A stretch of DNA of 64,000 nucleotides from Aplysia californica (taxonomy: Eukaryota), in contig NW_004797480.1 of assembly GCF_000002075.1 (NCBI RefSeq), positions 734,001 to 798,000 on the forward strand. Direction: 5' to 3'. The position numbers were made by a program, and so were the translations under genes. This document shows positions 25,142-37,088 of the stretch, one piece after another. Within the stretch, counting starts at the first letter, position 1; every line of letters begins with the position of its first letter. Below the pieces are notes generated by a model, which was not told the origin of the DNA, made no database searches, and was given only the letters and a program-made list of their open reading frames with translations.

Positions 25142-25711
25142 ATAATATAGTGAAATCTGGGTGTAATATTTGGTTGTGTTAATTCATCTATCTACACTCT
25201 GCCTAATTGACCCCTTTTTGGTGGTTTCAGAAGTGATGTCATTCTGGACTCCATTCAAAGTCCGAATATAATTTTTGTTTCAATATAAGTTTTGTCCTAA
25301 TAGTCACTTTGTACAGGAAAACCCGTGGACAAAAATTAATTAAAGTAGGCAGGGGAAAAAGCCAAACTTACTACAATGCCGACCAGTTTTTAGAACCAGA
25401 GAAATTGCCTTGTTTTTGCGAAAAAATGCCTAGTGAAAAGAGCTAAGAGGAGCTGCTGCATGAACAGATGCCCCTCATGTCTCGTTTATTGCTGCTAAAA
25501 AGTTTCAGATCCCTGTGTGTAGTACATTTTACGTACCAACTTAAAATAACTTAAAATAACTACCCATACAGCGATTTAGAAAAAAGAGCCGGAAACTTAT
25601 GCTTTGCTTTTATGTTCTCAGGTTAGCAGTAAAGAATATTATTTACTGTGGCATTTATGTAACTAATTCATATGTTGTGTGGTTAATGTATTCATCAGGT
25701 CAGTCCTAGGT

Positions 25712-27119
25712 ATGCCTTCTGAAAAGCCACAAGTTTCTAAAGCTGGAGGTGATTCCAGTAGCCCTGATCAACAGAAGCCCAAGTTGAGGCCATGCTGCGC
25801 CTGTCCTGAGACAAAGAAAGCCAGGGATGAATGGTAAAGTTCTCAGAATATGTTAAGTCCTCTGTTTCTTTCCCACAACGAAAAAAAATGAACAAAAATA
25901 CAGTCAAACCCCCATTATGCTGCCACCCCCTCTCCCCTGTTATACCGTTAGGTTTTGCCAGTGCATAAATAGAAATGCCTGTATAAACATACACTTTGCC
26001 CCTATAGACCGCTATCTGCTAATGGTCAGATTTGCACAATCCTTCCTGAAATACTACTATAAATTTCCCCTGCAAGCGAACTGGCAGCCAGAGGTTCTCA
26101 ACACACTGTGCATGGTAGCTGCACAGTGATAATTTCCCATTCTGTCACACACAACTCTGGGAGCTAGTACTTGTCCATTAGCTCTCTCTCCACCCATCCC
26201 ACATCCACATCCTTGTCTTGAAGTTTACATGAAGCTTTGGTTGGGCAGTTCATGTAATTTTCAATTTGAATTGCTACACACACAATTAGAGAGAGATTCT
26301 CAACTCTTTACTTTAAATACATGTAAATCACCAACAAAGAGATATTTTTCAAACACATGTTGCTAAATTGAATAATAGAATAATTTCCCTTGAATTTATC
26401 AGTTACTGCTGTTTGGCAGGGGACCCATCTAGAAAAAGAACCCTGATATACCACCAGCCATGCTATACCTCCACTTTAATGTTTACCCCAGTTTGGGAGT
26501 ATAATGAGGTTTGACGTTTTTGTCCCGACTACCATTACCAGTCAACCATCTATTGCAACTCAGCAAATGCTTGGATAACATCAGACATTCAGAGAAATTT
26601 TTCTCTAGTGATTTGTTGAACAAGTATGTTATAAATTCATAGAATGCAGCTAATTACTTGACTAATCTGTAGTCTAATCCTATAACAATAGATATATTCT
26701 AGCATTTTGTATTTCGAGTGACCAATAAAAAGACATTTCAGTCGCTCCCAAACATATTGCCGGCCCAATACTAGACTTGTGTGTTTGTGGACTGTTCTCT
26801 GTCTGATGTTTCAATATTGGGCCACGTTCTGGGTCAGGAATCAGAATAAAACTAGAAAAAGCTCAAGCAAAGAAGTGAAAGAAACTGGTCTTGCATTTAT
26901 GTTTAACAATTATAAATCTTGTCTGCATAAATTTGCAATGCTTCTTATAGCATTAGGATCTTTGTCTATTCTGTCATGTTAAGCCTTGGCTGCAACCTGA
27001 TAATATTCTTGTCTTCTTTTTGTTTGATGCTCAGTGTGATTGAAAGAGGTGAAGAAAACTGTGGAGACCTCATTGAGAAACACAAGCAGTGTATGAGAGA
27101 TCTTGGATTCAAGATCTGA
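25712..27119 (+). CDS. COX17: Cytochrome c oxidase copper chaperone COX17, join(25712..25833,27035..27119), 68 aa
   Basis: Spliced translation [68 protein letters not shown]: CCxC copper site plus twin CX9C. Phase-2 GT-AG intron. Not in the ORF track because the exons are short. Confidence 0.97.
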
Positions 27120-27779
27120 AGGAAGGTAGGCCCATTACACATTACGAAGTTCTGTATGTTCAAAACATCCTTTTTAAAAATCTTTAATTTCATTAGTACT
27201 TCAAAGTTAATACCAACATCTCTGCAGTGTAGTTGTTAGACACTTTGCTATTGTACTCAGGAGACTCTAGTTTGATTCCCGAGTGGGAAGAAATTTTTTA
27301 TTGAGTGTCTCAGTCTTTTTGCTAGGATGTTGTATGCCTCTCACTGAGGTTGGCCCTGACTGGCAAGTTTAATGATCTAAATGTTGTTGATGGGGGCATA
27401 GAACAACGTACATAAATAAAGACTATCCAAACAACTTTGAAGTTGATGGGTGTATAAAATGTGCAATCACAAACATAAGCAATCCACACACCATTGCTGG
27501 TCGCCACAATGCAGACCATAGATGCATTGTCTTTGAGCTAGAGTTATGGTGTCTTTTTAAGGATACACCCCAGGGACCACCCACCTAAACATCGCATGAC
27601 ATTATTGTCAGTGAAAATTGCTTTAGTGTAATGGAAAGTTATGGCTCAATTCTGAAGTATTTTTTAATGTAAACTGCAGAGGAAAGATTGATAGTAGTAA
27701 AGGCCCTACTTGCCTTGCTTTAACGTAGTACTTTCACTTTTTTACTTTTCATCCACTGTTGCTGTTAAGCATTGAGGGG

Positions 27780-28560
27780 AGATGCAGTCCTCTTTGATAA
27801 GCCAACCCTGCAGCTCTTTCAGTTGAGCCTGGCGGGTTAGGTAACATTTGTAACAGGTGGCCAAACCATTAAATTCACTTTTTTTTCCCCTATGAAATAC
27901 AGGCATCGAACAGTTGCTCTTATATTTTTATTTCTGTGCCTGTCTCTTCTTGCAATGTTTAGGGTTATGCGGGTGCAGGTAGTGATTTTGTTTTCTTCGG
28001 TTGTACTTAAGAACAGGTCAGGTTCCGGTAACATAATGTTGGTTTGAAGTGATAAACTGTCTCTTTGCTTCTGTGGAGATGTTTGGATGAAATAGGGGTG
28101 CGAGCTGAAAGGTGATAGCGTTGATGGCTTTTTAAGTTCATTTTTCTATTTCTCTATCTATGGACCAGTTTTCAGAGAAAATGCTGCCTAGATATTTAAA
28201 CTCTTTGACCTGTAGTAGTTGTTTTTTATTCATATTAATATTTAAGTGACTGTTAGTATTGTTTCGGATAACTTTGGTTTTTGGTATGCTTATTCTCAAG
28301 TCAAATTTCTCGCAGCTGATGTTCAGTTTGGTAGTTTCACCTTGGAGACTGTTTGTTTTGATGAATAAGACATTAGTTGTCTGCAAACAAAAGTTCATTG
28401 AGGCTTTCTGGGCTTTGATTTGCATCTTGCGCTATCTTGTCCATGTATGTTATGAAAGGAGGCGAGATAAAATGCTTCCCTGTTGTGCTCCTGATCTTAC
28501 TTCGAACCAGTTTGTGTTGCCTTTATTTTTTCTTACTAAAGTTCTGCTTTTAACTTAGTA
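27780..28560 (-). mobile_element. RTE-clade LINE reverse-transcriptase fragment (decayed)
   Basis: Minus strand FEVRSGAQQGSILS and LRISIPKTKVI...LLQVKEFKYLGSIFSEN (ORF 28138-28425) are non-LTR RT motifs. Confidence 0.85.
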
Positions 28561-28802
28561 AATTGTTCAATAATAATAACTTAATTTTGTGGAACTCATA
28601 TTTGAAATAGTTTATTTTACCCCATTGCATATTCTTTTAAGCTTTGATTTAAAGGTGTGATCTCCAATTTGACTTCCCTCTGTGCGCGTGGAATTAGTTC
28701 ATTGTTACCACAAACTAAAAAGGGATCCCAAGACATGGTAACTTTCTCGGATATGATGTCTTTCGAGGTATAAAAATATAGTAAAGTTCATGAAAGAATG
28801 TA

Positions 28803-29732
28803 CGAGGGGGAGTCAAAAAATAATGCAAGTTCATTTATAACTTAAAGAAAAAAGAACGCACTGGCAACTATCATTCCTCAAATTAAAGGGGACTATCTGA
28901 GGATCAGATTTCTATTTCTCAACATAGTCTCCATTTTGATCAATAGCCACTGTCCACCCTTTACTAAGTCTACATATGTCAACTTCGTAAAACTGAGCAG
29001 GTTGGTCGTAGGGGTACAGCAGTCTTGAGTTTTCTAACGTTTCCGTAGTGTTGACCTCTCGATGGTTCTTTTCTAGGTTCGAAAGGGTGGAAGTCTGAAG
29101 GTACCAAATCAGGAGAATAAGCTGGGTTTGGCAGTGTTTTCCACCTTAATGGGGTGATTGTCTCCCTTGTTTGGGCACTGTATGCAGGCAGGCATTGTCA
29201 TGTTGAAAAAGAACCCTCTTCCCATTCTTTGGTCTGACTCGTCGAATTATTGCTTTCAGTCGTTTCACTGTTTCAACGTAGGCTTCAGGATTGACTGTTG
29301 TTCCTCGTAGTAAAAAAAAATATATGAGAAACAGTCTATGAACATCCCAAAACACGGTTGCCATGATTTTTCCGGATGGTTCTTCGGTACGATGCTTTTC
29401 TGACAAGCATGTGGACACCTCTTTCTCTTCTGACGGTACATTGCTTGCTATAACGTCTAACCCACATATATACAGTGCCAAAATCTAGGGGTTAGTCCTT
29501 GTAAACATTTTGACAAGAAATTCAATTGCAGCTCTTTGCGTCTGACACACCTCCAAGGGGGCAGCCATTTTGATGTGACGTCATTCAGACATAAATCAAA
29601 GGAACTTAAAATTTAACGGTTTGAGTTCCAAAGTAGGCCTACATGTGCAAGTACTTGTGAGCTGAATTTAATATAATTTGCAAAATTGCGCAAAATACTG
29701 AACAACTTGCATTACTTTTTGACTCCCCCTCG
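28803..29732 (-). mobile_element. mariner element (irritans/Hsmar2-like ends), internally deleted, transposase pseudogene
   Basis: TA-flanked 29-bp TIRs CGAGGGGGAGTCAAAAA(A/G)TAATGCAAGTT with 1 mismatch. Remnants MAAPLEVCQTQRAAIEFL, KIMATVFWD..GTTVN..FQHDNA and PAYSPDLVPSDF. Confidence 0.93.
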
Positions 29733-29824
29733 TATAAAGGAGGTTAATGAGGTAGCTGAGTTCCTGTATACTATTTTGGTATGAATTATGATGTTTGTAT
29801 ATTTCTTTTGGTATCATTTTCCAG

Positions 29825-30110
29825 ATCCTCCACTGTATGTGCACATCTGTGATTCTGAAGAAGATGGATGAATGATAATTGTCTGTTCCTGAAGAGCTAC
29901 AGCTGAGATGACTGCTGAAATTGACTTGACTAGTGTTACTGTTGTAATGTTGCGAAGTTTGTGTTCATTGAACCATTGCGTTTTGTTGGATCTTTGTTGA
30001 TAGATGCAATGGTTTATTCATATGATTGCAAAACTGATTTGTATGCATCTTGTGAGAATGTTTTACTGCTTGTTTCATCTTGTAAATAAATTTTTACTGC
30101 TCTTTACAGT
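29825..30110 (+). other. COX17: putative COX17 terminal non-coding exon with polyadenylation signal
   Basis: Donor AG|GTAGG at 27126, just after the stop. Acceptor cattttccag ends at 29824; AATAAA at 30085-30090 followed by a T-rich tract. Confidence 0.65.
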
Positions 30111-30201
30111 TTTCAGTAGTTCCTTTCATTTTTTTCTGTCCTATTTATGAATCTCTGTTGTTTTGACCGTAATATAGAGGCCTTTTTGTTCCATAAAAAT
30201 A

Positions 30202-30966
30202 CAGTGGGTGTCGCATTCAACGAGGTTGCCGGGACTGGCATATTGTCCTCGTTGGATCCGACCTCTCGTTGAATGTGACAAAGGCTAAAGAAAAGAAAGG
30301 AGACAAGTTATTATATTACTCGACGTACCAATACCGGTAATTAAAACAGCTGTTCCCCCTGATGACGAAAAAATCTCAAACAGCATCAGTATTTGTGTGT
30401 TTGAGCTGTGTTCTGACTGTCATTTCTGCATTCTTAAATATTTTTTCCAGAACACTTCTCGTGTGGAAACATACCCTCTCACATCTAGGCCTAGATCTAC
30501 ATCAAGTAAAGGCGGGAGCTTGGATTTTCTGATCAGGGGAAGGAAAGAAAATTGAAAAAAATGGTATCGATCTAGACCTACCAATCCAGAGTTCATCCAG
30601 TTTCACACAGTCCGCATCGCGTATCCACCCACCCCCTCCCATCCTTACCGTAGGCTAACCCTTGTCCATCGTCTTGGCTTTGGGGCCCATATTAGGAGGC
30701 ACACTGGATCTAGCAATAATACATTGTGTAAGGAATCGATGATGGGCCTTGTGCTTCGTGTGAGATGGAGAGAAAGGAGAACAATTCTTCGCTTTTGGGG
30801 CCGCTAATTGCTTTTATTTGGTTATTGCGACCTCGTTGAAAGCGACTTCTGTCTGTTTGCCACCTCGTTGGAGCTGACGTACATTTACAAAGAGATATAG
30901 AGGAAAATAATCGGGGATTGAGGATTGCCTCGTTGAATGTGACCTCGTTGAATGAGACACCCACTG
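30202..30966. mobile_element. Tigger/pogo-type MITE
   Basis: TA|CAGTGGGTGTCGCATTCAACGAGGT ... ACCTCGTTGAATGAGACACCCACTG|TA, with CCTCGTTG subterminal repeats. Confidence 0.88.
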
Positions 30967-31518
30967 TACTCTTGCTGAAAGAATATCGTTCTCAAGTAGT
31001 TGTGTTTTAACTTATTTTAAAAACTTAGAAAGTTCATCTTATGATGAATCTTGCTCTCAAAGCCATACTGCTTGTGATGTCATGTAACATCTTGTGTATG
31101 GATGCAGACTTGGTTGACAGTGTACCGTCATAATATAATAAGTAATGTAATAAACCTCTTTAATCAGATTATGCTATGGTATGATGATGAGGGTTTTGAA
31201 TGACTCTTTCAACAGAGCTAAGTTGTTATTGAAAGCGTGACTTCTGATTCTAACATTCAGGCTGGTTTGAGCAAATATGGAGACCTGAAAACCCCATTTA
31301 TTAAAAACCCAAGCGAACTAATTTGAACTAATGTAATCTATGTCACATTTTGTGTGATACCAACAGAACTTCATGCAGATAGTGAAAATGAAAAAAGAAA
31401 GAGATGCCTGTATTGGGAGAAATGTTGTGGGTTTGTTTTGTTGAATTTGATTACAAACACGTTTCAATCAGATTCTTGTGAGTGTGTTCTTGAAACACTT
31501 GTACCTTGGTACTAACTA

Positions 31519-32240
31519 CAGTGGAACCTATGTAACACGGCCAGGCGTTGTCGAGGAGAAAAGTGGCTGTATAAGACAGGTGGCTGTCACACACAGGACT
31601 GATCAAAATGAAGAAAAGCCAATTACTTCTGAGGTCCCAACTGGGGGGTAGTTGCAGGCTCAGGGCTGTTACGGGTAATTCAGATGTTGGGTTGTTGTTT
31701 TTTTTAAAGGGGAAGGGGATAGGAAGGATTTTGTGTTGGGATTTTTTGTTGTTGGTTTTATTCATTTTTTAAATTATGGTTTCGTGCAAGTTTAAAACAG
31801 AAACAAAATGTGTTTGACAAGGAAGACCGAGTGCTATAGGCTATAGTACTGTAAAACAAACAAATGGGTCGCTACCACTTGGTAAAGAAGCGACACTTCT
31901 GTTGTGAGTTATTGTTGACATCCATTGTTTTGGACTGGGTTTACAAACTGGGTAGGGCTTAACAGTAACAGTGACCTCTCATTTCACTTACGATTTTTGT
32001 ATGAGTTGTGGACGGGGTCACCAGAAGCTGAAAATCTATTGTTACTGGTTGGTCAACTTGGGCAAACATTGGGAGCAACCTAAGCAACATGATGATTGGG
32101 AGGACTAACGTTCAATAACAACAGGTGAATGGATTATGATGAAAGCTCGTCCACAATGTCAGAGGCTGATACTGATACATAATTTATGACAAAGCGTCAG
32201 GATCGGGTGATGAGAGTTTTTCATGGCTGTCTCAGACATG
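31519..32240 (-). mobile_element. inverted copy of the 7582-8602 MITE family
   Basis: TA|CAGTGGAACCT start. Blocks are reverse-complementary to 8470-8600 and 7770-8060. Confidence 0.6.
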
Positions 32241-33139
32241 TATTTTTGGCTTTGGTTGTAAGTTGATAAAATATTTTGGCCACAGCTGCGTTGCAAAGAG
32301 GCAGCACAACAATCTTTTGATGAGGTATGCTGCATTCTGTTCTCTGTGTAATGTTTACAAGCAATAAATTGCTCACAATGTTTTATTTGAATTTTCTGTT
32401 TCGTTGTATGCTCAGTTCTCTGCTCGTTCAAATCCCCACCCATCCCATCACTAGGATGTTACCAATGTTTTAAAAGAAAGACAAATGTGAGGCATTGTGC
32501 GGAAATCATGCACTGGCCAAAACAATGAAATGAAAGAAACCAGCATTTTTTTTTTTCGAATTATCTAATTTGGATCAACGGCTTTTATGTCCTTTTAAAA
32601 ACATATTTCTGTGTGGATTTTACTGAAAAACGTGGTCAAAAGCACAAAAATTGTAAATGTGCATTTTTCAGTGACACTCAAACTCAAACTTTGGTGGCCA
32701 TTTTATTGCTAATTTTACTGTTGACACCAGACGACTTCTACCTCTTTCAATTGCAAAGGTTAGCACCTTTATAAAATTCAAGGTAGATGGGTATTTTTTT
32801 TTCAACTAAAGTAAGACAAATATAGACAAATTAATGAACAAGGTTTTAAGATGATTACAATAAAAAATATAGTGCATTTATGTTGTGCATTACAATTACA
32901 TTCATAAGATATCACATTTTTAAATTATCCGACACGTATGTGCGTAAAATAATATTTTATATTTTCTATGTGGAAATTACTCGCGCCATGGGCCTGGCAA
33001 TTTGTGCTAAAAAAAATGTAGAATACAATAATTTAATATAAAAACTCACTAACAGTCACAATAAATCTGCACCTTGAATGGCTATATAGGAAAAATAAAA
33101 CTTTGGTTCCTTATAGTCTATTAGAGATAGATAGAATAT

Positions 33140-33900
33140 CATTTTCGCTTCTTGAGGTAGTACGTGTGGCCAACAGTCAGGGTCGAGAAAGAGCTTAGCG
33201 AATACAGGCCAGTTCGCAGAGGAGTAAGACAAGGTGTGTCTAATCTCCGGATTTCTATAATCTGTACAGAGGAATGATACTGCTTATCATAAGTGATTTG
33301 GAAGGAGTCAAGGCGGGTGGCTACAATATAATCATAACCAATGGTGTGCTGATGAAATAGTCTTGATAGCTGATTCTGAGTCCATGTTCCTAGAGATTCT
33401 AACAAGAGTGACATATATTTTTTGAAAAGCGAAAGGAAGGGGCTACAACTTGCATTATTACACAAAAGATGCGAAAAGCGACTCGCTGATAAAAAAGAGG
33501 ATTGCAAAAATCTTTTATAGAGAAACTTTTAACAAGATGAAACCTGTCTTCTCAAACTCAAACACAACGTAGCGTGAACTCAAAGATAAGAACCCTGAAA
33601 ACGTATGGGTATGGCCGGTCCTTTTGTATGGATGCGAGAGCTGGACTCTTAAACAAGAACACAGAGAGAAGTCTGTAAGTCACCAAAACGTATTTCATTA
33701 AGGAGAATACTCAGCAATCTCATGGGCAGGGAGGAAACAAGATACGGAAGTGCTCCAAATAGCAGGTTATGAAAGATCTAGAAATAGAACAATCAGAAAA
33801 CACTCCAGACCTGACACCTGAAGAAGAATGAGAAGTAAATGGAGACCTATTTGATTTGTGAGATTCAGAATGTACGCATAAGGTATGATATACATTGTAA
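33140..33900 (+). mobile_element. RTE-clade LINE fragment (decayed)
   Basis: VRRGVRQG (RT) and PVLLYGCESWTLKQE motifs. Confidence 0.75.
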
Positions 33901-34167
33901 CTACATGTGCATCTTATTATATAACATGACTTAGTTTGATGACTTCTGAGTAAATAGATATTTGTTGGGGGTTTTTTTTGTGTGTGTACAGATGACATTG
34001 TCCAGGATGGTCATCCACTGGCAAGTAGAAAAGTGGTTGTCATAGACATCTTGGACAGTATCGAGTATCATTATATAATAAGGGAGAAATGTGAAGTGGT
34101 CATTTGACAGGTGATTGTCTTGGACAGGAAGCAGTTGGAGCAGGTTCAATTGTATTTCCTATTTTAA

Positions 34168-34413
34168 CCCTATCCGTACACCCTGGGGTCATTTTGTACC
34201 CCTGGGGTTGTATTCTTTACATTTTAGAATACTTCTAGTACGAAGATCTATTTGAAACTTTTAGCATTTCTCAAAAAAATCATTTTGAGAGATTGCTATG
34301 AAAAGCGTACGGATCAGATTAAAATTAAAGAGTAATTTCCTCTTTGGAAAGTGGTGGCACAGAGTTCCCCACGTCATATTGATACGATAGTAAAACATGA
34401 TGTACAAATAGGG
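34168..34413. mobile_element. piggyBac-type MITE, copy 2
   Basis: TTAA|CCCTATCCGTAC ... AATAGGG|TTAA; colinear with 17673-17909. Confidence 0.85.
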
Positions 34414-35326
34414 TTAATAAGCTATTGTAACTTGATAGGTTAGTTCACTGTATTAATAAATTAGTTTATGTATTATAATTTAGTGTATTGTTTTGAACAA
34501 AATAGTTGTCTTGGCTGCACTTGGTTTTCTCTCAGTCTGGCCCACTTTGAAAAAAGTTTGGTGACCCTTGGTGCAATGGTAAGGCTCTTCACTGTTGCAC
34601 ACAGCTAGCGTAAGTTTAATTCTCGAATGGGAAAGTGTGTGCTACCATGTATCTCCTTTCTTTTGCTGAGGTTAGTTACAGCATCCTAATCGTGGGTGGT
34701 TGGCGGGTGCTCTGGTGTGGTTTGCTTCTTCTTTTCTATCAAACGTCCATCGTCTTTATTTCCCCTCCTTCTTTTTTGTGTTAGTTACTCTCTAGTAACA
34801 CCTCGAATCTTCGACACTTATATATGACCTTTTTGCGTTGCAAGTGCCAAAACACTTACTACTAAAAAAGCATCCTAATCCCACTTACTAATTCTAGGTT
34901 GGTCCTGACAAGCAAAGTCAAAACAGCCACCTCCTAAATTAGATCTATCTAAATTGTGTAATTGGGGGCACAAAACATGTATTTATATCATAATCAAAGA
35001 GTCAGACTAAAAAAAGCAAGGGGAGTTCAGTGGCTTAAATTCCCCCTGGTTCCCTCTTCTCTCACTCTGTCATTGTACGTTGTTTAGGGAAGTCATCATA
35101 TTTATTATTCCTTTCACAGTTGGATGTTACTTTTGTCTTTCGCCCCATGCCTTTTTCCTGAAATTCCTTCCTTTTTTGTCTGTCACATATGGAGATGGCC
35201 TTTTGAAGTGGTTGGCATTCTCCAAGATTCTATTTTGGAGAAGAGTATAGCCCCTGTAGATTTTCCTGGTTCCTCTTCCATAATTGTTACATATACTTAA
35301 AGTATGTTTTCTTTGTTTTTGTATTG

Positions 35327-35835
35327 TAAGTGTTTTACAGCGCTCGCAACTGCATAAGTTCATAAGAGCACGTGGGACACTCTAAACATTTTTAGTTGGT
35401 AGGAAATTTTGAATTTTGCCTGGGTGGCGGCCAAAGCCTACTCTTATAGATTTTAGACCACAGAGGGATCTTTAACGTGCGCAACTTGCACACGGGACCT
35501 CCAAGATTTTTTGCCCTTGTCTGAGAAGGCTAGGTGTAGATCTTTCCTACCAGAAGATCAGGGGTGTAGCTGAAAGACAGCAGTAAGGAGTGCAAGGAGT
35601 AGCAGTAGAAAGGCTGCAGAAAGAGTCAGGAGCCAAGAGGAGGGGGCAAAGGAGGTGAGGGGGTGGGGGCAGAAAGGGGAGACGAAAGTAGACGACAGAA
35701 CATTGCTACAGGCAGGAAAGCAGGTGAAAGTAGACAATTTTAGAGAAGAAAATTTTTTCCGTCACTACCTGGATTCGAACCTGGGACCATTGAATGAGAG
35801 GCGAACACCTTAACCTCTAAGCCACGAGAGTTCCC
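35327..35835 (-). mobile_element. tRNA-derived SINE, full-length copy 2
   Basis: Reverse complement of 49-550 along its whole length, with B-box GGTTCGAATCC and core GCACGTTAAAGATCCC. Confidence 0.88.
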
Positions 35836-36934
35836 TACTTTAGGAGTTAGAGCCATGGCCTTTCACACTAAATCACACCAAAAAAAAAAGCTTTCATAAT
35901 CCAAGTGGAAAAAGAATGGAAAGGCTGGACTCGAATGTTAACCGTCAGCAGATACACGTTATCCCGTTTCACCACTTTTTGATATTACTACTCAGAGCAT
36001 TTAAATAATTTATTATTACATGGATTATCCTTGTGTCAAGCTCTTAGAGGTTGCAATGTTGCATGTAAAGTGTTCATCACATACTATATTTCTGAAAATG
36101 TACGCCCAGTTTGAGTGAACGTGAACATACAATTACAATAACAACTGTTTAAATATAGGGCTAGCGAAAAAAGCAAGATAGACAAAAACAAAAAAGGAAG
36201 AGTAAAAAAAGAAAATAGACCTATAGGTCCTAAGACTACTAAGGGTCCCCTTTTCAAATCTAGCTCTACTTGACTAAGGATAGAAGGCAAGAGCCTTTTT
36301 TCCCTCTGTCGCTGTGAGAGCTTTATATTTCAAAGAATTGCTCTTTTCTTTTATGACAAAAATAAACAAACTTTAGAAATAAAAGCTAAGAAAAAAATTT
36401 GCTGGATTTTGGTTAAATATAAATGTTTATTCACAACAAGAATGTAGCTTAGTTTTCAAATGAAAACATGTGTAGACCTATACAAATTGTAGCTTATGAG
36501 AAGAAAAACAACAACTTTATGATGCCTAGTTATACAAGTATGGGACACAAGAATGAGTGAAATGTAGACAGGTCTTTTTGAAATCGACCTAGTAGCTGGA
36601 GACTCTGGAAGGACTTTATTATCTATTTGTATATATATTACAACTGACGACATAAAAATGTTAACTGTAAGCCAGATTTAAAACAAAATTTCTTTGAAAC
36701 AGCACAAATGTCACTGTACACACATCAATTTAAATCTTGACAGCTATTTCGCATACATTTTAAATGTTGACGACTTCAGAACCAAAGAAGCCTATTTAAA
36801 GAACAAAAATTTTTCGTCATCATCAGTATTTTTGTGTCTGTAATAAATCAATATTATTGTGAACAACATCATTTCCCCTTCCCCATTTTTATTTTCTTTC
36901 ATCCCCTTCAACCCTGCGTACGACAACCCTATAT

Positions 36935-37088
36935 CTATAAAAGCAGAGCTCTTCGAACATGCTCTTTCTTCTCTGGGGTAAGAGATGTGGGAAATTCAAT
37001 GTCAAACTCGATGATCAAGTCCCCTCTGTCACATGGTGCAACCACCAGAGGCATTCCCTCTCCGGGCACAATCTTCTTGTAACCGGGT
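36935..37088 (-). CDS. DNAJB13: DNAJB13 exon 7
   Basis: [13 protein letters not shown]...RRALLL*. Confidence 0.95.
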
